Shown: positions 13,126 through 24,100 of the stretch, one piece after another
How positions within the stretch are numbered: position 1 is the first letter of the stretch
Layout of the letters: each line of letters begins with the position of its first letter
NCBI GenBank assembly: GCA_015680685.1
Contig: MNCI01001632.1
Coordinates: forward strand, 124,026 to 188,025
Length of the DNA: 64,000 bases
Direction: 5' to 3'
DNA from: Gnetum montanum
Lineage: Eukaryota; Plantae; Gnetophyta
Translations under genes and position numbers: made by a program
The notes under the pieces: model-generated
Told to the model about the DNA's origin: nothing
The model's input: only the letters and a program-made list of their open reading frames with translations
Databases searched by the model: none

Positions 13126-14021
13126 ATGAGGTGGACACAAATTCTACCCAGAATGGCGGTTAACCCAGAGATGGAAACCCACTCCTTCTACATGAACTGG
13201 GGTGAAGAGGCCACTACTTTTAGGGGGTGCCAGATTTTGATTATCGTTGAGTCGATTTCGGCCGTGATTGGAGCACCCCTCAGAGGGGTTCATATCCCCC
13301 CGATTGCTGGTTTGCACGTAGCGGTAGCTGATTTTTTCCAGGGCCCTTTCCCCAGGATGGTTAGCAGACACATCAGGGGATGGCACTCATGCCTAACTGG
13401 CGGGCGATGGCCGAGCTGGTTGAGCGATGCTTCATCCACTCCGGATCGCACCAGAAACTAAATGGGGTGCACTTTAGGTTTCTGCAATGCATGCGCGATG
13501 AGACTCCCATCAACCTTTCGCAGTTCCTCTGGGAGTCCCTACAACAGCGATGTCCTAGCCGACATCCGAGGGTCATACGGGCCCTGTGGTTGGCCGGTAC
13601 CTTGGTGCTATCGATGCAAGCAACAAACGGTCCGAAGTTGAGGCAGCAGCACCTGAGGATGAGACGCGGGTGTGGTGCAGGGGTCACTACAACCGAAAAT
13701 AGGATCGTGATTCCCCCCCCCCCCCCCCCCCACCCCAGCCATGATCAAGACCGACCGAGACAGACCCTGGATGGCGAGGAGCCCACGATAAAAGAATGTA
13801 CCATCGGCAACACCGAGGGGCAACGCCTTCCTTCTCCTACGCTGTCGCCTATCCAGACGCTGCTTTGGATAGAAGGTGTCATTAAGGACCGTATGATGGG
13901 CATTGCCTAGATTATTGAGGAAAACCGATGTTGTCTCATTGCCGGCCAAGGGCAGCCAGGTCCTTGCTCGCAAACAGTCACAGAGAACCATTTGTGCAAG
14001 CACAAGCCCCCTAATAGTTAG
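13126..14021 (+). pseudogene. Third ORF inside the L1, resembling the plant LTR-retrotransposon accessory protein (PF20167/Transposase_32-like); frameshift near 13380 and stop at 13908
   Basis: HSFYMNWGEEATTFRGCQILIIVESISAVIGAPLRG, then LMPNWRAMAELVERCFIHSGSHQKLNGVHFRFLQCMRDETPINLSQFLWESL. It lies between zf-RVT and the poly-A, inside the TSD. The family assignment is by eye. Confidence 0.6.
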
Positions 14022-17000
14022 CGGGGTGGGGGGGGGGGAGGCCGGGGTGTAGGTGCCTCCTGGGGGAAGCCCGGTTTAGGAATGTGCTCTAATAAACGTC
14101 GAGGTGGGGACGACCGCTTGCCATGGGGTTGGTCACGACAGGGAAGGGTCTCGGGGCTTTCTGGGTTTTGTTCTTGGTCGGTGTGGGGCCAGCGGATCTG
14201 GCCCGTGCTGTACATATGTATAGCTCCTCTTTGGGAATACAAATTCACTCGACTTTTTCCAAAAAAAAAAAATAGTTGATGATAGAGAAAATTATTCTAC
14301 TGACTTAGTTAATGTTCCTGGAGCAATGAATCTTATATTGATGAAGATCATTACCATGCAAATGATATTTATGACGTAGAACAAAATGAAGGTTTTACAA
14401 ATTTAGTCTTTAGATTAGAGCAACGAGAAAATATAGGCTAAAATTAGAATTTAAACAATGTGACAACTTCTAAGCTTTGGCAAGAAACTCTTTTGTGATT
14501 TAAAAATAGATAGATAATTTTGTAACATTATCATATATATATATATATATGATAATGCTAGAATATTTTATAACACACATGAGACTCAATACTTAATGTT
14601 TCATTGCAATCTTTTATGCAATTTTTGGCCATTAACAATATTTTGGATTTACATTGTACTTGTTCTATATTCTACAATATTTTTTATGATATATGAAATT
14701 TAATTTAAAAAAAATTAATATATTTAAATTTTCTTTATCAAGCCCCCGGCTACGAACCCGTCCCTACTTTTTCTTGAGGCACACGTACCTAAACACGTTC
14801 AGAATATTCCTCGCTTCCACGAATTGGATTCTTTTGATGCATAGCTTACAAGTCAGATAATCTATCAAGCAGCAGTGCTAGCACAGCCAAGGCCGTAGAC
14901 ACATTTGCAAATTCAAGTGGAAAATAGCATATGGCAGTGTTGGGTGGACTGGACTGGGATGGAATGAGGGTCTATCAATTAAGCCGCCACCACCATACAG
15001 AAACACGTACACATACACATACAGATGATCTGTCCACCTTTACTTTCTGGAATCATGACACCATGTCTATGTTCGGAGATCCACACCCACGCAGTGGCCT
15101 GGCAATAATGATCAACAGCCATAAGATTTCTATGTGCTATTTTTGTGCTTGTTGTTGTGGCAAGGCCTTTGCCTTTGACTTTGAATTTGGGGGAGCGTCA
15201 TGCCTGCGGAAGCACAACCTACAAAAAAAACAGATTTGCACCTCAAAATCCTTTTCACAGAACCCAGCTTAATTTTTCTCCATTCCCATTTAACCCTTGA
15301 AGAACAGGTTCAAATTAGTGTGCAATAAGGGGAGAAGACACCAACAATGCGCGACCTGGTTTAGTGAGTTTAAAATGAATTTTTTTTTTTGCGTACAATC
15401 AAAAGAACTGTTTGTAATAAATTGAAGAAGTAGCTGTGTAAAATAAAAGTTTGCTACTGGAATTGACGAATTGCCCCAGAACTACAATTTTAAAACATAT
15501 AAAAAAAAATCACTAAAGAAGTTGAAATTAGAAACCAAAATAAATATTATTTTACGAAAGCTCGGTATCACAATGCAACTGATGTGCATTAGTTGATACA
15601 ATTTTTAAAAACTAGGAAATGCAAACATCAACATTAATGATAACTTTAGAACAAAACTAGATAGGAAGAAAAAGATTTACACTACAAATGGTTGAGCGTA
15701 TTAACATTTTCATGAGAGAGAAGATTGTCTATCTGATGCAAAGCTTTCTCAGAGGTGCCAGCCACGGTATTCAAATTGGCACTTATACTATGCTTAACTA
15801 GAAAGCAGCAACCTAGCAAAACCTGTAAAGAAAATACCCATTTACACATCTCCTTTCACCTTTAGTGTCATTAGTTTTCAGTGATAAGGTCCCACCATTT
15901 CACTTACGTAGATTGATAACCATTGTTCGAAAGTCTTTAAATTTTATGTATAAGATTATAGGTTCAAGCCTTTGTTCGAATCTTTTTCTTTTTCTTCTTT
16001 GAATACTTTATTTAAGCTTCTTTGAATTTCTTTTTCCATTTTATTTTATCTTTAATTTGTGTTTTAGGAATTTCTTGTTCACTTCTTTTTTAATTTTTTA
16101 TTAATACTTTGATTTTTTTTTCATTTTTTAATCTTATATTTACATTTTTCTAAATTTCTTCTTTACTTTGTTTTAAAAAATTTTATTAGCACTTCTTTGA
16201 ATCTATTTTTCTACTTCTTCCTTTAATCTTTTATTTATGCATTCTATGTGCAATTATCTTTTTTCTTGTTGTAGAGATAGAGTAAAGAAAATCATAATTT
16301 GGCAATCTATTAATCATTTTATTATTAATCCAAAGATTAAAAACAATTGTAGTTTGGCGATCTATTGATTATTTTATTATTAGTGCAAAGATAGTAAAAG
16401 AAAATTGTGTGTGGTTGTTTAATCTCTTACTGCACTAGAGAAAACTTTTAAAAACTTAGGATCTTGATCATGGCATGGTTATATCTACCTTCTATAATCT
16501 GATGTGTGTTTTCAAAAATTTGCAATAACTCGAAACTTCTTGGTAGCATGGGCAAATACAAGTCTACTTTTTATTGACATGGAAATTTGCCATGTTATAG
16601 GAGATGGGAGGCTACCCTCCATCTTAGACTCATCTTCTTGAACGTTAAATGGGCTACTCGGAAGCAACCTCTTTATAAAAATTGTGTAGTAATATTCGAT
16701 TTGATTGTGTTTTAAATGTATTTTACTTGCAAAATTTGGTTGTATAAATTTGAACATCAAAACATAATGACAAAAATCAATGTAGCCCAAAAACCTTGTA
16801 TGGGTGGCATATGGTAATTGAAATCAAAATTAAAAAGGAAAAAAAGAGAGGATGTTATCCATTATTGTTATTTCTTTTCATCCTCACCATTATTGGCCTA
16901 TTGAATTTGCCTATTTGATACATACTTCTAGTTCCAACCTTGGAAGTGAAGCATTTGTAGAATACAAATTCTTTCATAAACATTACACATGAATGTTTAA

Positions 17001-17460
17001 AACTGCATGGACATATGTAGGACATGCTAGAAAGTATTGTTGTAGCCATGTAGTAGATTGACAATCATGAATATACTTTGCCTAAATAAATAGATTTTGC
17101 AAGTAAAATGTTTTTAAAATTAATATGAGAAAAGTAACGGAATGATTTTGCAACAAAAATTAATATGATTTTGAAAGGAAATTTTAGAACTTAAAAAATT
17201 TTGAAATGATCCCATGTGGCTTGGAAAAGGAACAAAATGATAGAAACGAAAAAACTATAGGAACTGTATAATAGAAAACCTATAAAACAATTAGAAATAG
17301 AAAAGCTCAAAGCATTGCACAATGTCAATTGTTATACAAAACATTTTCAAGGACTTGCACTCCTCATCAATGTGTTTAGATAATGCAACTAGGCAATTGA
17401 AGCTACAAGGGCAAAGGAATGAGCATGCTAATACATGTATTTATATGGTCCCAACTTCTA

Positions 17461-17619
17461 AAAATAAAAATGTAACCCCATAAAAAACTAAAAATAGAAA
17501 TGTAACCCCATAAAAAACTGAAAATAGAAACATAACCCCATAAAAAACTAAAATTAGAAACATAACCCCATAAAAAGCTAAAAATAGAAATGTAACCCAA
17601 TAAAAAACTAAAAATAGAA
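17461..17619. repeat. 30-bp minisatellite, about 5.3 copies
   Basis: AAAATAGAAA[TG/CA]TAACCCCATAAAAAACTA at 17461, 17491, 17521, 17551, 17581 and a partial copy at 17611. Confidence 0.95.
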
Positions 17620-17697
17620 TGGGCTCCACTTACCAAGATGGGGATGGGAAGCGGTACTAGCATCTGTTACAATATGATTTTGGTAGAGCCAAAGAAG

Positions 17698-17724
17698 TTT
17701 AGGATTTAGGGTTTAGGGTTTAGG
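17698..17724 (+). repeat. Short interstitial telomere-type repeat (TTTAGGG), about 4 units
   Basis: TTTAGGA TTTAGGG TTTAGGG TTTAGG. Confidence 0.8.
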
Positions 17725-17745
17725 CAAGAATATGATTTTGAAATC

Positions 17746-18250
17746 TTGAACTGTCATCTCTTATCACCAGGCAATTTTCAAAGAAGAGAAGTTGAGATGC
17801 TTGGCCTACAAGATGTTGATAGAATGCATGACTGCATGTTACAATATCTAGGAGAGGATGTTACGAAGATCACTAAAAGTTTTATTGCCAGCAATAAATC
17901 ATATCAGTCCCCATTGAATTATGTATAGCAAATAGAGATCCCCATGGATTCAGAATATCAAATGATGACAGTGATGATATTGAGCAATCTATGCTTATAT
18001 GTAAAAGTGCAAGGATAATGCTCATAGTTAACCTTTGGCCTGAAGCATGATTCATAAATGATGCACTTGGCACAATTCATACTATTATGTATCCTCTAGG
18101 TAAACAACCACTTGCATTACCATCATACGTTATTGTTAATTTTGACTCCTACATTGGATGTGCCTTTGATAATAGTAATCCTCTTCATGTGCCAATTATA
18201 CCTATGGTCCAAGGAGCATCACGTTAATATGTGTCAATTTATGTTTACCA
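17746..18250 (+). pseudogene. PIF1-family helicase fragment (C-terminal half), probably from a Helitron-type element
   Basis: The frame from about 17943 reads IEQSMLICKSARIMLIVNLWPEA*FINDALGTIHTIMYPLGKQPLALPSYVIVNFDSYIG.AF......VPIIP..GASR*. This matches PIF1 GARVML..NLW.EAGL.NGA.G.V..I.Y....P.LP..V.V.FD.Y.G...VPI.P. It is truncated before the TIHKSQG motif. Confidence 0.8.
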
Positions 18251-18357
18251 GTATATATTATTTGGAATGCAAATAGTGATGATAACTTAAAAAATTAAAT
18301 ATATATATATATATATATCAATGAACTAGCTTAGATATATATATATATATATATATC

Positions 18358-18732
18358 AATTGGCTAAGATGATTTTAAAGAAGATGATGTTAACCAAGCC
18401 CGAGTACTAGACAAGTTAACAAGATAACTAAAAGCAGAATCACACATCTCTCCTTTGTTTCTCTACCACTTACTGAATTTAGTTTTACCCTCTTGATCAA
18501 GTTTGGTCTATCATTATTTGTTCATGGCATTTTTGAGTGAGGGATTTAATTCTCAAAAACACCATGAACAAATAAAGACAAAGCAAACTTGACCAAGAGG
18601 GTAAAACTAAATTGGGTAAGTGGTAGAGAAATACAAGAGGGATGAGTGATTCCATTTTTAGTTATCTTGTTACTTCATCTAGTAGTCAAGCTTAGTTAAC
18701 ATCATCTTTTTTTAAAATCATCTTGGCCAATT
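18358..18732. mobile_element. Foldback/MITE-like element: about 180-bp inverted arms with a 14-nt loop, embedded in (TA)n
   Basis: Arm 18358-18537 is the imperfect reverse complement of 18552-18732. Examples: AATTGGCTAAGATGATTTTAAA vs TTTAAAATCATCTTGGCCAATT, and TTTAGTTTTACCCTCTTG vs CAAGAGGGTAAAACTAAA. (TA)n flanks at 18335-18356 and about 18741-18756. Confidence 0.85.
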
Positions 18733-18889
18733 AATAGAGTTATATTTATATATATACATACACACACACACTATTTATATGAGAATGACAATAAAGTCCT
18801 CCATGAGGTACAACAAAAGCTACAGATTATCAATGTGGAGCGCAAAATTGTCAAAATCAATCATAAACATCAAAGAGGAATAGTATTTT

Positions 18890-21152
18890 TTGATTTTAGT
18901 TTTTCTATTAGAATTACCTTTTTTGTCTAACCATGTCATACCCTTATGAGAATAAATGCTTGATACCTTTAGAGGACATCAAATCATCAAATAGAGAGTT
19001 TAAAGGAAAAGCCCAAAGATTTTAGAAATTTTTTTTAGGTTTTGATCCTTACAACCAATCTTGGACAATCTCCCCTCTGGAATGGAAAAAGGATTAGACT
19101 TTGCCCTTATTCAAGTGACCCTCATAGATATTCACTTCTTACTAAAGGATTTCTTGTAAAGAGAAGGAGAAAAATCTCTTTAAAATTAAAAAAAAAATAC
19201 ATTAATCAGGCACAAAGAACATATAGCAAAAAAAGTTGAAATCTTCCCATCCTTGAGCTTTCAAAATAAAAAGAATTTAATACTATAGAAAAAATTTAAT
19301 TGTTTAGCTTTCACTTGAAGCCTTTTTACTTAAAGTTGCAACTAAAAAGTGACATATTTAAGAATTTGGTATTTGACTTCTTAAGAGAGGTCATAGTTAT
19401 GCTCTTGCTATTGGAAAATAATTGCACATCAAAGCCTCCAAATAGAGTAGAGAACAAGTGATCAAAGAAAATTTCAAATGCAAAGAAAAGAAGTAAACAA
19501 AGTACACTGACCACCAATAATGACCTCATTAATGCTTTGTTGAAACTTGTTACAAATTATAGATGTCCATTTTCAAGCATGTTGAGTAATAGGACATCAA
19601 AAAAGCATGAAAAAAATAAGTCTTCACTTCTACAAAGAGAACATTGAGGAGAAACATTTTTCAGATGTTTAGGATGAGTGTTGATAGGAACACTTGATAA
19701 ATAAGACATATTAAAAAATATAAAATTGGTCTTCAAATATATTTCATTTTCCTTATTTAATTACATTTTCAATGATAATTACATTTTTCATGTCTTATTT
19801 AATTTGTTATGAATACAATATTTTTTTCGTAATAATCTTGTAAGCAACTTTCAAATTAAAAGAAAAACCATATTTTCCATCCTTCCAAAAAATATCTAGA
19901 AAAGCTTGATGCAAACAGTTATTAATTAAATTTTTAAAATTCTTTTTGCTTTTTTTTTATTCAAAATATAGAACTAACAAGCTTCCTTCCAAGTAAGCCA
20001 TCTATCATGCATATGTAGACAAGAAACTATGATGATACCAAATTTTCTCTAAATGGTAGATAACCTAGATGCATTAGTTGTTCAAGCTCCTTCATTAAAA
20101 AGAAGCCACCATGGGCTAATTTGTGTAAGCATATCTTTTAAAATTGTAATATGATTGTAATTCCAATATTTACTAAGTTTGCACCATGTTTTCCAAATTT
20201 TTTTAAGCATTGGAGAGCTAGAAATAGAAATGGCTTGATAAAAAACAAGATAGTAAAAAATGTTATTAAAAGATCAACTATTCTCATTCTTAATTTTTTT
20301 TTTTTTGCATAAGTTTATTTCTTAAAAGGATCATCAAAACATCATCTCCATCAATTCACTTTGGAATCCATTCTATAACAAGAAAAATACCCTTGTTATA
20401 ATAATTAATAAGCCCAAGTCCTTTATCTTTCTTGCTACTAGTGCATATATTTTAAGAAACTCTAAAAAAAATCACCTTTTCTATGTTGCTTAGTAGACCA
20501 AAAAAATCAATGGATAATATGATTAGCTCTATCACAAGAAGTTTTAAAAGGATCCAAATAAATGAAGTAATAAACATGAGTTGATTAAAGTATTTTCTTA
20601 AAACTAAAACTTTTCTAGTAAGGGTGAGCTTTTTTTCTTTTGATTTATCATACTTCTTTTCAATTTTATCAACCACATATCTCCACAAAATAGTTAGGCA
20701 CAAAAGAAAACTATATTTTTAAAATTTTAAAGACAGAATCATTTTTCAATATTTTTCAAGGCTTAAGAGTAACCCTCTCATTAGTATTGCTATTGGAATA
20801 AATTATATACTTTTATCAATTAATCTGAGAGCCAAATAATATGTAGTAGTTATTCACTTTAGTTAAAAGAGTATTGATATGTTGTAGAGAATTTTTGATC
20901 ATGTAAAAAGAATCCTCTACAAGGTGCATGTTAAGTAATTAAATACCTTGATTATCAATTAAAATTCCCTAAATGATATTCCTGTGTAAATCATAATGTA
21001 GGTTGTGTGAAAGAAAGTTTATAGCTATAATAAAAAGATAGGAACTTAGAGGATAATCTTGAGAAACTAATCATTGAAAAGAAAAGGAGAAATGTAATTC
21101 AAAATTATTAGCAACTTAAGAATTGGCATTTGTGAGCACGGTATGAACAAGA
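18890..21152 (-). mobile_element. AT-rich L1 LINE, 3' part (C-terminal RT to 3' end); continues at 45459-46650
   Basis: Colinear with the reverse complement of 61700-63900. Joining across element C restores the RT sequence KAYDRII*KFII..LGFGDYFIH|VHTVLTN...VSQDYPLSS. The left boundary is approximate. Confidence 0.8.
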
Positions 21153-24100
21153 TGTTGATCAAGAACTTTGAAGGAGGGTTGAATTGGTTCCCTAATTTAA
21201 AATTGCACTAGCCATAAAAAAAAATAACAGATTTACATGGTTCCCCAACTTGGGTACATCCACACTTGGATGGTATAATCCATGCATATCTCTAGACTTT
21301 ATTTCTTTAAAATGTGGTTTGAACAACACCACACCCTATACAAGCTTTGAGCTCTACTCTAGAGTGTTTCATCTCCATGAAACCACTCAACCTTGCAAGG
21401 TCTTGATAAGTTTAAATGTGGTTTAGAGGATCCCGCAACCTTTACAAAATTAAGCTTTACACTGAAGTGTTTTGACAATGCAAAACCATTGAATCTTATA
21501 GGGTCTCGACAAGCTCAACAAGGATTTCTTCTTGCAAGAAGCACATCAACCCTGCAGGGCTATAAGAAAGAAAGAAAGAAAAGAACAAAGGAAGAGTCTA
21601 ACTAAATTTATAGGTCCTTGTACTTGAAGGTCAATACAATCACAACAAGAAAATGATGTTACAATGAAGAGCAAAACAAAATTACTTAGAACAGCCAATG
21701 AAGAGTCTTTATGTGAATAGTGCTTACCTATTTTCCAAGATTTTGACATTGTCTTATAGCGTCGAAGTTTTCAAAAACTCATTGGAATTCATGCAATGGC
21801 TACCAAATGGGTAGTATAGACATCTAATTTGAAGTTTAAACATCTATCTCAGAGATCCATCAACATAAAAGAGACATCTACCTGAAAATGTAGACATCAA
21901 CTATGAGACATCTTCCTATAGATGTCTACTATGTGAGTTAGATGTCTACTATTTCTACCATATGTCTACTCACAAAAGCACTTTGAGAGATGAAGCATTT
22001 TTATGATCCCTAGGCCTCTCAATAGTCCTCAAAGCATCTTTAATTTATTTATAGACTTAATTTCCATCCATGATCTCATTTAGTCTACTTAGTCATCATT
22101 TTGATATCTCGTCATGGATCTCATTTCTAAAATCTTATTTCTCATTTTTAAGTTTTTTGTTGATTAATTTTCCAATGTCCCTAGAAGATCACAATCACAC
22201 ACATACATTCTATGTGGATCATTGAACTTAGAAAAAGGGGTGGGGGGTGTGCATGGGCGGGGGGAGGAGGAATGAATAATTTTCCTAAATTGAAATTCTT
22301 TGGACAAAGCACACACACCAAATTTAGCATGGTTCCGTACCTTGGGTAGTCCATACTTAGAGGGTAGATTGAAAGCACACCTCCAAAAATTGTTGCTCTA
22401 AAATGTGTTTTGAAGTGTCCACACCCTATAAAATCTTCAAGCCCTACTTTGAAGTGTGGTGACATTGCACCAACAACACAACTTCACAACATCCTATTAG
22501 GCCTAGAATGTGGTTTCCAAGCTTCCATAACCTTTATAATCTTGAGCTCTACTTAGCAGTGTTATGCCATGACACCAACCACTTAATCCCATAGGATCCC
22601 GACAAGCTCAATCAAGATGCCTTCTCATAAGAAGCACATCAAACCCATAGGGGAATAAGGAAGAATAATTACAAGGGATAAATGCAACTCAATTTGCTAA
22701 TCATTGTAGTTTGAGATACAACACAATTTACAATGGACAAATGATAATGCAATGAAGAGCAACAATGATTAAAATGATTAGATAATGATTATATAAGAAC
22801 TTGTACATTTCCCAATGGATATGATATCTTCTTATAGCTATCATGTTTTCAAATCCATTTTGGAACTCATGCAATAGTAAGCTAATGGTAGCTAATGGTC
22901 ATGGAAGACGTTTTCTTCATGCCTAAGACATATTTATGTATTTTCCCTCTATTCTAAGAAGATTTCTTTGTCTTGGAAAGACATCTTTATGAAATCTCCA
23001 TTATAGGAAGACATCATTGGCTAGTGAAAGATGCCTTTCTAAAAGTGGCCTGCATCTTGTGAAGATGTTGTTGTTTAGTAAAGACGTCTTTGCTTGATGA
23101 AAGATGCCTACTATTTCTTGAAGACATCTTTGTTTATGCATCTTTCAATTCTTCCAAGATGTCTACTATTTTTTGAAGACATATTTCTTCTCCTTCATGT
23201 GCATGATGATTTTTGCATTCCTTGTTCATAATCTTGCATTTTTGCATGTGTCAATGATGATAACTTTTCTTGTCCATGTTCTTTAAATTCTCTTCCTTTC
23301 AGCTTTCCTTTTGTGGATGGGACCTTGAGACATTGTGGATGACATTATCCTTTTCATTCCTTGGTCCTACAACCACAATAACCATACAACCATACACACA
23401 ACATTTGTCTCCATTTTTCTTAACATTTTGACACATCAAAAGTTCCACAATCTTCCCCTTTTTTGTGATGTTCAAAAATTAAGAAAAAAGGGGTTAGTGA
23501 TCATACAAATATAACCATACTACTCTCCCCATTTTCAAACAAAATAAAAAAGGATAAGGCACATAAACTGGTTAAAGAGTATGCATAATGTCATAATCCA
23601 ACAAAAACATTTAGCTATGCAAGATCAATTAAAGAGCACACATTTTTAGTATAAATTTCCAAGACAAGTTGCCCTAAATTTTTCAAGAGCTAATCCAAGC
23701 CTTCCAAGTGATATTCAAACGTAAAGCTTGAAGTGAAGTATAAGCCTTGAAGATCACGTAACCTATCTCTAAATCAATAAGTCATTAGTAGCTAATAGTG
23801 CATGATTCTTTTAATGTTCAAATATTCTCCATCCTTTTAATATCATTAGGAAAAGATTAGGACATAACATATATGATAAGGATAATTTAGCAATACAACT
23901 TTACAATGTAAAACTAGTCATGCCATATTTTAAATTCTTGAGCTAGGAAATACAACTCAAGGAAAACTACTTAAAGGATATTTTAATCAAAATTATGGAT
24001 ACTTATCCATAATCAGAATGATCATGTTCTTGCTCATATTGTTATAAGGAATAATATCATTATTTACATTCTTTCATAAAAATATAGGTACTTCTTACTT

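Larger units (their letters stand above)
8386..14270 (+). mobile_element. Near full-length GC-rich L1-clade LINE, 5.9 kb
   Basis: Perfect 18-bp TSD AATAGTTGATGATAGAGA at 8368-8385 and 14271-14288. Poly-A at 14261-14270. There is an abrupt switch to GC-rich sequence, and ORF1 and ORF2 motifs are present. Confidence 0.95.
5820..14378 (+). pseudogene. hAT-family transposase pseudogene (BED finger, DUF659, hAT dimerisation domain), spliced, interrupted by an L1 at 8386-14288
   Basis: GGSKR*KCHVCSHEF (BED). GCSIIMDGWTNIRQRSLINII (DUF659). ET(R)YASYFIMLKR, RWNTTNTPLHMATYAL, ARWWSLHG. LLSQ|VASSSVVERNWSTYSFIH..KRN (dimerisation). GT-AG introns at 6406-6478, 7042-7112, 7292-7382 and 7913-8173, plus a 5' UTR intron at 5708-5809. 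The frame resumes after the LINE (..SIVDDR|ENYSTDLV..). Several stops and frameshifts. TIRs were not resolved. Confidence 0.9.

Noticed and set aside
5291-14844. hAT termini TTATGCAG.. / ..GATGCATAG as TIRs
   Set aside because: Only about 6 bp match and the flanks (TATCGGAA vs CTTACAAG) are not an 8-bp TSD, so the ends are unresolved.
14931-15272. 113-aa ORF with His/Thr and Cys clusters
   Set aside because: No recognisable domain. The composition follows from CA-rich and TG-rich simple sequence.
16440-17100. Possible HUH/Rep partner of the PIF1 fragment
   Set aside because: No convincing HUH or catalytic Tyr motif in the frames I read.
17403-17663. ORFs with repeated SIFSFLWGY / FLVFYGVTFL
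   Set aside because: These are translations of the 30-bp minisatellite, not proteins.
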